Assembly (NCBI GenBank): GCA_025456205.1
Contig: JALOLA010000005.1
Span: forward strand, 5,971 to 69,970
DNA: 64,000 bases
Reading direction: 5' to 3'
Origin: Acidobacteriota bacterium
GTDB taxonomy: Bacteria > Acidobacteriota > Aminicenantia > UBA2199
Position numbers and translations under genes: made by a program. The notes beneath the pieces are model-generated. The model saw only the letters and a list, made by a program, of their open reading frames with translations, searched no databases and had not been told where the DNA came from. Numbering within the stretch: position 1 is the stretch's first letter; each line of letters opens with the position of its first letter. Below, piece after piece: positions 54,925 through 63,244 of this stretch.

Positions 54925-55098
54925 GTGACGCGTGACGCGTGACGCGTGACGCGGAAGAACGGGACTCGGCGTAGGGCGTAGGGCGTAAGACGTAAGGTGA
55001 AATTTCTCTTCACCCGTCTACCGTAAACCGTCAACCGTCAACCGATTCCGATTATTTCATATTCTCTTACTTCTTCCCTACGCCCTACGCCCCACGCC
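54925..55098. repeat. Heptamer repeat element F (three unit families; nested inverted arms)
   Basis: 54925..54952 is (gtgacgc)x4. 54968..55002 is ggcgtag ggcgtag ggcgtaa gacgtaa ggtgaaa. 55014..55048 is ccgtcta ccgtaaa ccgtcaa ccgtcaa ccgattc, containing the core on the reverse strand (ggaatcggt). 55078..55098 is ctacgcc ctacgcc ccacgcc and pairs with the ggcgtag arm. Sits between the convergent methyltransferase and symporter genes. Confidence 0.85.
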
Positions 55099-55126
55099 GA
55101 TTTCCATTCACCCTTGCTTCAACGCT

Positions 55127-56554
55127 TCAGCTCCTTTTGCCTAACATGCTGGCCAGCGGATTCACGGCCAGCGAGACCAGCATGCCGATGGTGCCGGCCT
55201 CGGGGGTGGGGCTGCCCGTGAAATACAGGGTCATGCAGACGCCCAGGCCCAGGACCGAAGAGGAGACAGCGCCCAGCTTGTTCACCCTTGGGCTCAGGAG
55301 GCCCCAGACGAACGGCCCCAGGAAAACCGAGCCGATGGCGCCCCAGGAGATGGCCAGGATGGAGACGATGGTGGCCGGGCGGAAATATGCGAAGATCACC
55401 GACAGCACGATAAAGAAGGCGCTCAGGAAGCGCATCATGCGCGTCAGGCTGCGGTCCGATATCTTGGGGTTGATGAAGCCGGCGTAAAGGTCCTTGGCCA
55501 GGGCCGAGCTCGAGATCAGCACCAGCGCCGCCAGCGTGGACATGGAGGCCGAGAGGATCAGCAGCAGGATGAACACCGACAGGGAACCGGGGATCACGCG
55601 GATCAGCATCTCCGGCACCAGGCTGTCGAACACCGGCTTGCCGCCGGCAAAAGCGGCCGGGGCGTTCTCGGGGGTGAGGAACAGGCGGGTCAGGCTGCCG
55701 GAAAAATAGGCGACGCTGAGAAAGAAAACGGCGAACGCCGTGGAAATCCACATGCCCAGGCGGATGGCCTTCTTATCCTTCACGGCGTAGAACTTCTGCA
55801 CCAGCTGCGGCATGGCGAAGGGGGCGACCGAGGTCAGGAACACCAGGCAGAACAGGGGCCAGATCCCGGGCGGGCCGACCGCCGCCGTAAGCTGCGGTTC
55901 GATGGCGGCCAGCTTCGCCGTGGCCGCGGCCAGGCCGCCGGCCTTGCCCAGGACGCCGAAGATCACCACGCCGCTGCCGAAGATCATCAGCGCGCTGAAC
56001 AACACGTCGATCGCGCTCATGGAATTGTAGCCGCCCAGGATCATGTAGACGGCCGTGAACAAGCCCATGAAAACCAGGGCCTGCCAGTATTCGGTGTTGA
56101 AGTTCAGCTTGAACAGGTAGGAGAGGCCGATGAACACGGCGGCGGAATAGGGGATGAAGAAGACGAATATGGACGCCGAGGAGAATATCTTGAGGAACTT
56201 GCTGCGATAGCGCTTCTCGAAAAATTCGGCCATGGTCGCCACCTGGTACTCCTGCGACATCTTCTTGATGCGGGCGCCCAGCAGCCACCAGACGGCCAGC
56301 ACTCCGAGAAGGCTGTTGCCGGCGGCGATCCACAGCCCCGAATAGCCGAACTGCCAGCCGACCTTGCCGGCGAAGCCGATGAAGACCACGGCCGAAAAAT
56401 AGGCGGCGCCGTAGGTGAATGCCGTCATCCAGGGGCCGACGTTGCCGCCGCCCAGGAAGAATTCGTTGAAGGTGGTCGTCTTTTTTCCCCGCAGGATGCC
56501 GATCACCACGATCATCAGCACGTAAGCCGAGATCACCGATATCTTCAGCAGCAT
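55127..56554 (-). CDS. Sodium:solute symporter (SSS family)
   Basis: Internal ATG 56554 after AGGAGG. About 13 TM helices. N-terminal FFLGGGNVGPWMTAFTYGAAYFSA is typical of SSS. Confidence 0.85.
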   Translation of the reverse strand: MLLKISVISAYVLMIVVIGILRGKKTTTFNEFFLGGGNVGPWMTAFTYGAAYFSAVVFIGFAGKVGWQFGYSGLWIAAGNSLLGVLAVWWLLGARIKKMSQEYQVATMAEFFEKRYRSKFLKIFSSASIFVFFIPYSAAVFIGLSYLFKLNFNTEYWQALVFMGLFTAVYMILGGYNSMSAIDVLFSALMIFGSGVVIFGVLGKAGGLAAATAKLAAIEPQLTAAVGPPGIWPLFCLVFLTSVAPFAMPQLVQKFYAVKDKKAIRLGMWISTAFAVFFLSVAYFSGSLTRLFLTPENAPAAFAGGKPVFDSLVPEMLIRVIPGSLSVFILLLILSASMSTLAALVLISSSALAKDLYAGFINPKISDRSLTRMMRFLSAFFIVLSVIFAYFRPATIVSILAISWGAIGSVFLGPFVWGLLSPRVNKLGAVSSSVLGLGVCMTLYFTGSPTPEAGTIGMLVSLAVNPLASMLGKRS

Positions 56555-56567
56555 GATTCCTCCTGTT

Positions 56568-57884
56568 TTAAAAGCGGAAAAACAATTCGAACTGCACCCA
56601 GTGGAAGGCGTCGGCGCCGGCAATGTAGAAGTTCCCCGGGCGGAAATATTCCCATATCAGGCGGCCGGCCAGGTTCGGGGAAACGTTATAGACGGCCTTG
56701 GCGATGAGCAGGTCGCCGCGGCTTTTGCCGCTGCCGCTGAGCAGCGCGGCTGGGGCCGTGCGCTCCGGCGCGGCCAGGCGGTGCCAGGCCAGGTGCAGCT
56801 TCACTCTCTCCGCCGGCTCGAACACCAGGGCGCCATAGAGGGAGGTGAAGTTGGTCCAGTCGGCCACTCGCGTCTCCCTGGCCTGCAGGTAGATCAGCGA
56901 GTCGCTCCATTTCGGCCAGCGGCTGAAGGCGGCGTCCCAGCCTTCGAACCGTTCCGTTTCCGCATCGTCACCGCTGAGAAAGATGCCGCCCAGGGTCAGC
57001 TGCGCCGGCACGGGAAAGCGCCGGCCCGGCTTGTGGTCGAGGTGGAAATAGCCGCCCAGGCCGCGGCGCTTCCCGGCGCCGAGCGTCCCGAGCTGGAGGG
57101 CGCCCTCGGCGGTCAGCGCCAGCCGGTCGCTGAAGGGATGGACGACGCGCCCGCCGGCCACCTGCAGGGCCCCCTTGGGCATTGCGGCGAAGGCGAAGGC
57201 GTCCTTGCGGAACAGATAGGCATCGAGTGCGGTTTTTTTCAAGCGGCCGCTGAAGTAGAAGCCGAAGCCCTGCTCTTCCTGCTCGACCATGGCCTGCTCC
57301 CTGTCGTTGACGACGGGCAGCAGCGTGTCGCGGCGCCGCTGGCGCACGAAAAAGAAGGTCAGGTTGCTCTTGTTCTTGAACGCGCGGTCCAGCCGCAGCC
57401 CGTTGAAATAGCCCGAGCGCGAGCCGTCGAGCGGGCCGCCGTCCATGACCAGGAAGCCCTCGCCCAGCATCATGTCGAAGCGGCCCAGGGTGAGGGACAA
57501 GCCCGGTTGCCGCGGGCTCTTCCATTGGACGTACAGCTGGTCGAAAAAAACCTCGTGAATATTGAAGTCGGTCTTCAGCCGCGGGTCGAGCTTGGGCGCC
57601 AGGTAAACGCGGTTCTCGTTGGTCAGGCGCAGGTGGAGCCGCCACGCCCCGCTCGGCGTCCATTCGGCGCCGAGGCTGGTGCGCAGGCGCAGGAAGGCGC
57701 TGGAGTCGCCGGCGGCATCGTCGAGGCTCAGGGTGTTGTCCCAGCTCTCCTGGCGCACGCGCTCCCAGAAGTAAATAGAAAAAAGCGGGTCATTCTTGGC
57801 CTCCGCGGCCTGGGCGGCCAGGGGCGGTCCGAGGCAGGAGCAGAAAAGGATGGCCAGGAAACCGGCGATGGATCGATGGGCCAT
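56568..57884 (-). CDS. Outer-membrane porin, alginate-export-like family
   Basis: Internal ATG 57884 after GGAGG. Signal peptide MAHRSIAGFLAILFCSCLGPPLAAQA, beta-strand periodicity, and a C-terminal ...FELFFRF. The family call is tentative. Confidence 0.6.
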   Translation of the reverse strand: MAHRSIAGFLAILFCSCLGPPLAAQAAEAKNDPLFSIYFWERVRQESWDNTLSLDDAAGDSSAFLRLRTSLGAEWTPSGAWRLHLRLTNENRVYLAPKLDPRLKTDFNIHEVFFDQLYVQWKSPRQPGLSLTLGRFDMMLGEGFLVMDGGPLDGSRSGYFNGLRLDRAFKNKSNLTFFFVRQRRRDTLLPVVNDREQAMVEQEEQGFGFYFSGRLKKTALDAYLFRKDAFAFAAMPKGALQVAGGRVVHPFSDRLALTAEGALQLGTLGAGKRRGLGGYFHLDHKPGRRFPVPAQLTLGGIFLSGDDAETERFEGWDAAFSRWPKWSDSLIYLQARETRVADWTNFTSLYGALVFEPAERVKLHLAWHRLAAPERTAPAALLSGSGKSRGDLLIAKAVYNVSPNLAGRLIWEYFRPGNFYIAGADAFHWVQFELFFRF

Positions 57885-57955
57885 GGAACCTCCAGGGGAT
57901 GGTGAATATGAAAAATAACCCAAAATGCGAAAAAATGCAACCGCTGCTTCCGGGG

Positions 57956-57984
57956 TTTACTCGCTGCCGCCAACGGGATACAAT
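57956..57984 (+). promoter_or_regulatory. Sigma-70-type promoter candidate for the 140-aa membrane protein gene
   Basis: TTTACT (57956..57961), 17 nt, TACAAT (57979..57984). The AAGGAG SD precedes ATG 58008. Confidence 0.45.
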
Positions 57985-58007
57985 GGCGCCGCGCAAGGAG
58001 TCGGAAA

Positions 58008-58430
58008 ATGCTCTGGAAGCTGATCACCCTTTTCGCCCTGGGCGTCGCCGAGCTCTGGGCCGCCGCCCCCGCCGGCGTGGCCATGGGCCTGGACCCCGTC
58101 CTGGTCTGCCTGGTCGCCGCCGCCGGCGCCGTCAGCGGCGGATCGGTCGTCGTCCTGCTCGGGGAGCGGGTGAAGGCCTGGCTGCAGAAGCGGAAAAAAC
58201 GCGAGCAGCTGGAGGCGAAGCGCGGGCTGCTCTGGCGCGTCTGGCGGCGCTACGGCGTCATCGGCTGGGGGCTGCTGGCGCCGCTGCTGGTCGGCTCGCC
58301 GCTGGGGGCCGCCTTCGGCCTGGTCCTGGGCGCGCCGCCAAGACGGCTCCTGCCCTGGCTGGCCGCGGGGTCGGTCCTGTGGAGCGTGGTTTTCTCGGTA
58401 CTGGCGGCGGTGGGGAAACAACTGCTATAG
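58008..58430 (+). CDS. Small membrane protein (small multidrug-export-like, tentative)
   Basis: 140 aa with four hydrophobic helices and a basic loop KRKKREQLEAKR. The family call is from memory only. Confidence 0.5.
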   Translation: MLWKLITLFALGVAELWAAAPAGVAMGLDPVLVCLVAAAGAVSGGSVVVLLGERVKAWLQKRKKREQLEAKRGLLWRVWRRYGVIGWGLLAPLLVGSPLGAAFGLVLGAPPRRLLPWLAAGSVLWSVVFSVLAAVGKQLL

Positions 58431-58977
58431 ATGTTAGACGTTAGACGTCAGTAGTCAGCAAGAAATTATAGGAATCGGTTTACGGTTGACGGTTGACGGT
58501 TTACGGGAAGAGATGAAGCAATAGTAAGACTAAAATTCCAAGCACCAAGCACCAAATTCCTAAAAAAGTGTTAGTGATAGTGATAGTGGTTGTGAAGAAA
58601 GGAACTCAGGGCAAAGGCATTCTCCTGGCGGGCATGCAGATCCGAATATCCATTTCCAAAACGAAGGCCCTTCCAATGCCTTTTCTGGGTCAATGGCATT
58701 TCTTACTTTAAGCTTTTTATTTTAAACTTAAACTTTTGCATTGGAAAGTCATCTTCCCTTAGCCCGCCGCCTTACGCTAAGTGCTTTTTCTTCACTTTTG
58801 CCTTTTTACTTTTGCCTTGTCTTCCTATAATCTACTGACTACTGACTACTGACTACTTCTTTTTCTTCTAACGTCGAACCCAAAACATGGGCATGGATTC
58901 TTGGCTTTGCTACCGTCCAACGTCTGGTTGCGGTTTTTCTTTTTCTTGCTAACGTCTAACGTCTATCGTCTAACGTC
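58430..58977. repeat. Heptamer repeat element G (large composite copy, about 550 bp, low GC)
   Basis: Left end 58430..58464 is gatgtta gacgtta gacgtca gtagtca gcaagaa. Core AGGAATCGGT is at 58470..58479. 58476..58510 is cggttta cggttga cggttga cggttta cgggaag. Further unit blocks lie at 58536..58560, 58568..58596, 58793..58825 and 58832..58859 (ctactga x3). Right end 58943..58977 is ttcttgc taacgtc taacgtc tatcgtc taacgtc. The ends are near-identical to element A. Confidence 0.85.
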
Positions 58978-58982
58978 TTCTT

Positions 58983-59681
58983 CTAATCGTATAACTCGTA
59001 GGGATGGCTCATGCCGAGAACCGTTCCGTCCATGGCGGCGACGACGATGTAGCCGCTGGGAAAGATCGTCATGCCGTCGGGGCTGGTGCCCACGGTGCGC
59101 CACTCGACGATGCCCCGGTCGGGGGGCACGTTCACGGCGATGGGGAAGTTGGCAAAATTGATCTGGTAGATCTTGAGGTTCTGCGTGACGTTGAAGCAGC
59201 GGAAATGGATGCTCATGGTCGAGCCGCGGCGATAGCGCTCGCCGGCGCGCGGCATATAGACCTCGATCTTGCTGGCGACCACGTGGAAGTTGGCGTTGCT
59301 CTCGTCGGCTGCGCGGCCGTTCTCGGAGACCACGCGCACCTTGTAGTCCCGGCCCAGCGCCAAGCTGGCGGGCACGTTCCAGGTCCAGCTCCATTTGCCG
59401 GCCACCGGTCCCGCGGGCGTGACCGCCGGATAGCTGCGCACGACCACGCCGTCCTTCTTGATCTGGACGGTCGGGCGGCCGATGTCGCCCATCTTCGTCC
59501 ATTGGATCGTCTGCTGGGCGCCGCGCAGCACCTGCTCGCCGCCATTGGGCGTGGCGACGGTGATGAGGACCCGCGGCGGGGCCAGCAGGGTCGTGTTTGG
59601 CTGCAGCTGCGGCGGGTCCTGGGCCCAGGCGCAAAGGAATGCCGCCAGCAGTATCGCGAAAAGGAAGGCGTGCTTTTTCAT
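58983..59681 (-). CDS. Secreted hypothetical protein, 232 aa (Ig-like beta-sandwich repeats likely)
   Basis: Internal ATG 59681 after GGAGG. Signal peptide MKKHAFLFAILLAAFLCAWA. Contains GGEQVLRGAQQTIQWTKMG...YKVRVVS. Confidence 0.55.
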   Translation of the reverse strand: MKKHAFLFAILLAAFLCAWAQDPPQLQPNTTLLAPPRVLITVATPNGGEQVLRGAQQTIQWTKMGDIGRPTVQIKKDGVVVRSYPAVTPAGPVAGKWSWTWNVPASLALGRDYKVRVVSENGRAADESNANFHVVASKIEVYMPRAGERYRRGSTMSIHFRCFNVTQNLKIYQINFANFPIAVNVPPDRGIVEWRTVGTSPDGMTIFPSGYIVVAAMDGTVLGMSHPYELYD

Positions 59682-59753
59682 GTTGACCTCCATCTTGTCT
59701 GCAGGATGAATACGATAACCGGGGGTTTTATCTCAGCAGATAAGTGAAAGTTT

Positions 59754-59918
59754 CAGTGACAGTGCCAGTGTCAGCAGGAAATGAAAGGAATCGGTTTACG
59801 GTGGACGGTTTACGGTGTACGGTAAGAACTTCTTACTTTTACCTTTTTACTTTTGCCTTTGTCTTTCTCTTCCCCTGTGCCTGATGCCAAGGATATTCCC
59901 ACCGTCCACCGTTGTCCA
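59754..59918. repeat. Heptamer repeat element H
   Basis: 59754..59777 is cagtgacagtgccagtgtcagcag. Core AGGAATCGGT is at 59786..59795. 59792..59826 is cggttta cggtgga cggttta cggtgta cggtaag. 59832..59870 is a tttgcct-type block. 59898..59918 is cccaccg tccaccg ttgtcca, the reverse complement of the cggt units. Confidence 0.8.
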
Positions 59919-59928
59919 AGTCTCAGAA

Positions 59929-61083
59929 TTACTTCAGCGCCTCGACTCCCTTGAACTCCCGCGTGGGCAGGAAGCTGCGCAGGATATGGCGGTCGTCCTC
60001 CGTCTCTTCGTTCCTGGCGATGCGCGTCAGCAGCTCGCCGAGTCCCGGCCCGAGCATGAAGCCCTGGCCGCACATGCCGACGGCGTGGATGTAATTGCTG
60101 ACGGCGGCGTCGCGGCCGACGATGGGAAAGCCGTCGGGGGTCATGGGGTACTGGCCGCGCCACGAGCGGCGCACGCGCAGCGAGGCCAGCCGCGGGTAGA
60201 GCTGGACCATGCGCCTGGCCACCTGCGGGAAAAAGAGCGATGTCGATTCGTTGAGCACCCCGAGGATGGGCGGGTCGGGCGTGATGCAGAAGACCACCTG
60301 GCCCTCATGGTTCTGGTAGAAGTAATAGTTGGCCGAGCCGGGCTCGGGGCGGATGTCGACCACCATGGGGCCGAAAAAGCGCTGCACCGGCTCGGTGATC
60401 GCCCCTTCGTGGTTGTCGGGCTCGACCGGGACGTCCAGATGGGCCAGGCGGGCGATGGCGCGGGCGCTGTTGCCGGCGGCGTTGATCACCTGGCCGCAGG
60501 CGTACTCGCCCTTGTCGGTGACGACGGACGCGATCTTGCCGGCGGCGAGGCGCAGGGCGCTCGCCTTTTCGCTGAAACGGTACTCGGCGCCGGCTTCGAT
60601 GCTCTTGAAGAAGAAGGCGTTGACCGCCAGCAGCGGCGAGGCGCTGCCGTCCTCCGGGGAATACGTGGAGCCGCGCAGGCCGGACATGGAAATGCCCGGC
60701 ACCAGCTCGTTGTATTCGCCGGGAGACACCCAGCGGATGTTCAGGCCGAAGCCATGCTGCACCTTCATCAGGTCCTTCAGCTTACTTTCCATCGCCGCGG
60801 AGTAGGCGGGGTAGCTGTAGCCGTTGCTCAGCCAGCCGATCTCGTCTCCCTCCTTCTCCTTCCAGCCGGCGAAGATCTCGATGCTGCGCTGGCAGACGCG
60901 GATCTTGCCGAAGTCGGAGTGGGTGGCGCGGATGCCGCCGATGGCCTTCTTGTTGCTCAGCTGGCCGGGAGAGGCCATTTCGTCGAGCACCAGCACCGAC
61001 AGGCCGGCGCGGGCCAGGGCGAGGGCGGCGGGCACGCCCACCGAGCCGGCGCCGATGACGACGATATCGTACGCCTTGGCCAT
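59929..61083 (-). CDS. FAD-dependent oxidoreductase, DAO family (SoxB / HcnC / OoxB / proline-dehydrogenase beta-like)
   Basis: MAKAYDIVVIGAGSVGVPAALALARAGLSVLVLD dinucleotide fold. C-terminal HAVGMCGQGFMLGPGLG. ATG 61089 (ATGA overlap) is an alternative start. Confidence 0.85.
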   Translation of the reverse strand: MAKAYDIVVIGAGSVGVPAALALARAGLSVLVLDEMASPGQLSNKKAIGGIRATHSDFGKIRVCQRSIEIFAGWKEKEGDEIGWLSNGYSYPAYSAAMESKLKDLMKVQHGFGLNIRWVSPGEYNELVPGISMSGLRGSTYSPEDGSASPLLAVNAFFFKSIEAGAEYRFSEKASALRLAAGKIASVVTDKGEYACGQVINAAGNSARAIARLAHLDVPVEPDNHEGAITEPVQRFFGPMVVDIRPEPGSANYYFYQNHEGQVVFCITPDPPILGVLNESTSLFFPQVARRMVQLYPRLASLRVRRSWRGQYPMTPDGFPIVGRDAAVSNYIHAVGMCGQGFMLGPGLGELLTRIARNEETEDDRHILRSFLPTREFKGVEALK

Positions 61084-61085
61084 GG

Positions 61086-63173
61086 TCATTCTCCCTGGCC
61101 TTCGCCGCCGGAGCCGGCCAGGGTGCCGAGCGGCACCTCGACGAACAGCGGCCGCCGGGTGCCGGGAACGATGCGCCCCGGGTCGATCCCTTCCTGGCGG
61201 AAGATGGAGCGGATGAGGGTGTCGCACGACTTGCCGCCGCAGGCGCCCATGCCGGCGCGGGTGACGGCCTTGATCTGGTTGATGTCGGTGATGCCCGAGC
61301 GGATCAGGCGGCGCACCTCGGCGGCCGACACCCGCTCGCACAGGCAGGCCATGGCGGCGTGGTCGCCGTCGGCGGCGGCCACGGTCGTGGGCAGGGGTTG
61401 CGAGTCGGCGGCGGCCTGGACGCGGAAGGCCACGACGCGCTTGGCCAGGGCGCGCGGCACGCGCAGGCGCACCAGGCGGGTGAGGTTCTCGCGGTTCTGC
61501 TGAACGGCCGCCACCTCGAACTCGCCCAGCGGGTTGCCGTCGATGTCGACGGCCTGCACCTTGCCGCCCACGGCCAGCGGCACGTGCGACATCTCGTAGG
61601 GGACGGTGACGATGGGGTTCTCCCGGTCGCGGCGGTAGTCCACCAGGGTGATGGCGAGGCCCGGGCAGATGAGCAGGCACTTGGCGCAGCCGATGCAGCG
61701 GCCCTTGTAGCGCGGCAGGCCCAGCAGCGGGTCGTTCTCTAGCTGGATGGAGTTGGTGGGGCAGATGGTCGAGCAGGGGTTGCAGGGAATCTCCTGCAGG
61801 CAGTGGATCACCGGCATCACCCCCTCCTCGCCCTCGGGAAAGACCTGCGGCTCGACCTTGCCGGGGTGGGACTTGAGCAGCTCGGCCTTGTCCTTCCAGG
61901 CGGCGGGGACCTCGCCGGCAGTGGCGCCCAGCGCCCGGGCGACGGCCAGCCCGGCGATGCGGCCGTTGAACATGGCCGAGGAGGCCTCGGCGATCTCGGC
62001 GGCGTCGCCGGCGGCGAACACGGGCAGCCCGGCCGCTTCAGCCTGGGCGGTGAACTCGGCGATGGGGTCGAGGCCGACGGCCACCAGCAGCGTGTCGCAG
62101 GCGAAGGTCCGCTCGGTGCCGGCGAGCGGGCGGAAGCGCTCGTCGACCTTGGCGATGGTCACCGACTCGACGCGCTCGCTGCCGTTGGCCGACAGCACGG
62201 TGTGCGAGGTGTAGACGGGCACGCCCAGGCGCTTGAGCTTGTCGGCATGAACCTTGTAGCCGCCGCAGGCGGGGAGCGCCTCGGCCAGGCCCACCACGGT
62301 GATGCCGGCCTGGATGGCGTGATAGCCGGCGATCAGGCCGACGTTGCCGCCGCCGACGATGAACAGGCGGCTCGACGGCCGCACCAGGTCGCGGTTGACC
62401 AGGGTCTGGAAGGCGCCGGCGCCGTAGACGCCGATCAGGTGGTTGCCGGGGAAGACCAGCGACTTCTCGCGGGCGCCGGCGGCATTCAGCACCACCTTGG
62501 GCACGACCAGCCGGTAGGCCCCCTGGCGCAGCACGCCCACCTTGCGGTCGGAATAGACGTAGAGCACGGTGCTGTCGGGCCAGACCGTCACGCGCGGGTC
62601 GGCGGCCACCGCCTCGGCCAGTTTGCGGCCGATGCGGATGCCGCGCGTGCCGGCCTGCGAATCCTCGACCGAGCCGAAGAACTTGTGCGTCTGCAGCACC
62701 AGCTTGCCGCCGGGCTCGTGCTTGTCGTCGACCAGCAGGGTGGCGACACCGAGGCGCCCGAGCTCGACCGCGGCCGAGAGCCCGGCCGGTCCGGCGCCGA
62801 TGATCAGCACGTCGGTATGGAGCTCGGGTATCTCGCGGATCTCCGGGGCCGCACCGATTTCCGGCAGCGCCGGGAGCTCGTCGGCGGCGTTGACCTTCAT
62901 CCCCGCCGCCAGCGGGGTCATGCAGGACTTCACCGGCCGGTGGTCGGCGATCACCAGGCACTTGGAGCACTGGCCGTTGGCGCAGAAGATGCCCTGGGAG
63001 GCGTGGTCATGGGCGTTGCGCCCGAAGGCGTCGATGCCGGCGGCGATCAGGGCCGAGGAGAGGGCTTCCCCCCTTTTCCCGGAGAGGGGCTGGCCGTTCC
63101 AGTAGAATTTGACCGTTTCCCCGGCTTCCACCGGGAGCACCGGGTGCTCGTGAATGCGCCGATCTTCGCTCAT
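61086..63173 (-). CDS. Fused [2Fe-2S] / FAD-NAD(P) pyridine-nucleotide-disulfide-oxidoreductase / 4Fe-4S ferredoxin / BFD-like [2Fe-2S] protein (HcnA+HcnB / OoxA / PDH alpha-like)
   Basis: Internal ATG 63173 after GGGAGGA. N-terminal CANGQCSKC...C module. TDVLIIGAGPAGLSAA and LFIVGGGNVGLIAG Rossmann pairs. CNPCSTICP...CIGCAKCLLICP ferredoxin motifs. C-terminal CLCERV...MGACGGKSC BFD-like motif. Confidence 0.8.
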   Translation of the reverse strand: MSEDRRIHEHPVLPVEAGETVKFYWNGQPLSGKRGEALSSALIAAGIDAFGRNAHDHASQGIFCANGQCSKCLVIADHRPVKSCMTPLAAGMKVNAADELPALPEIGAAPEIREIPELHTDVLIIGAGPAGLSAAVELGRLGVATLLVDDKHEPGGKLVLQTHKFFGSVEDSQAGTRGIRIGRKLAEAVAADPRVTVWPDSTVLYVYSDRKVGVLRQGAYRLVVPKVVLNAAGAREKSLVFPGNHLIGVYGAGAFQTLVNRDLVRPSSRLFIVGGGNVGLIAGYHAIQAGITVVGLAEALPACGGYKVHADKLKRLGVPVYTSHTVLSANGSERVESVTIAKVDERFRPLAGTERTFACDTLLVAVGLDPIAEFTAQAEAAGLPVFAAGDAAEIAEASSAMFNGRIAGLAVARALGATAGEVPAAWKDKAELLKSHPGKVEPQVFPEGEEGVMPVIHCLQEIPCNPCSTICPTNSIQLENDPLLGLPRYKGRCIGCAKCLLICPGLAITLVDYRRDRENPIVTVPYEMSHVPLAVGGKVQAVDIDGNPLGEFEVAAVQQNRENLTRLVRLRVPRALAKRVVAFRVQAAADSQPLPTTVAAADGDHAAMACLCERVSAAEVRRLIRSGITDINQIKAVTRAGMGACGGKSCDTLIRSIFRQEGIDPGRIVPGTRRPLFVEVPLGTLAGSGGEGQGE

Positions 63174-63244
63174 GGCGACTGTCCTCCCGGCCCGGCATTT
63201 CTCCATGCCCGACCACAGTATCCATATAGCATATCTTGGCCATT

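Noticed and set aside
54925-54952. Heptamer arrays as a CRISPR array
   Set aside because: The units are 7 nt with no unique spacers and no cas genes. This is tandem microsatellite-like repetition, not repeat-spacer architecture.
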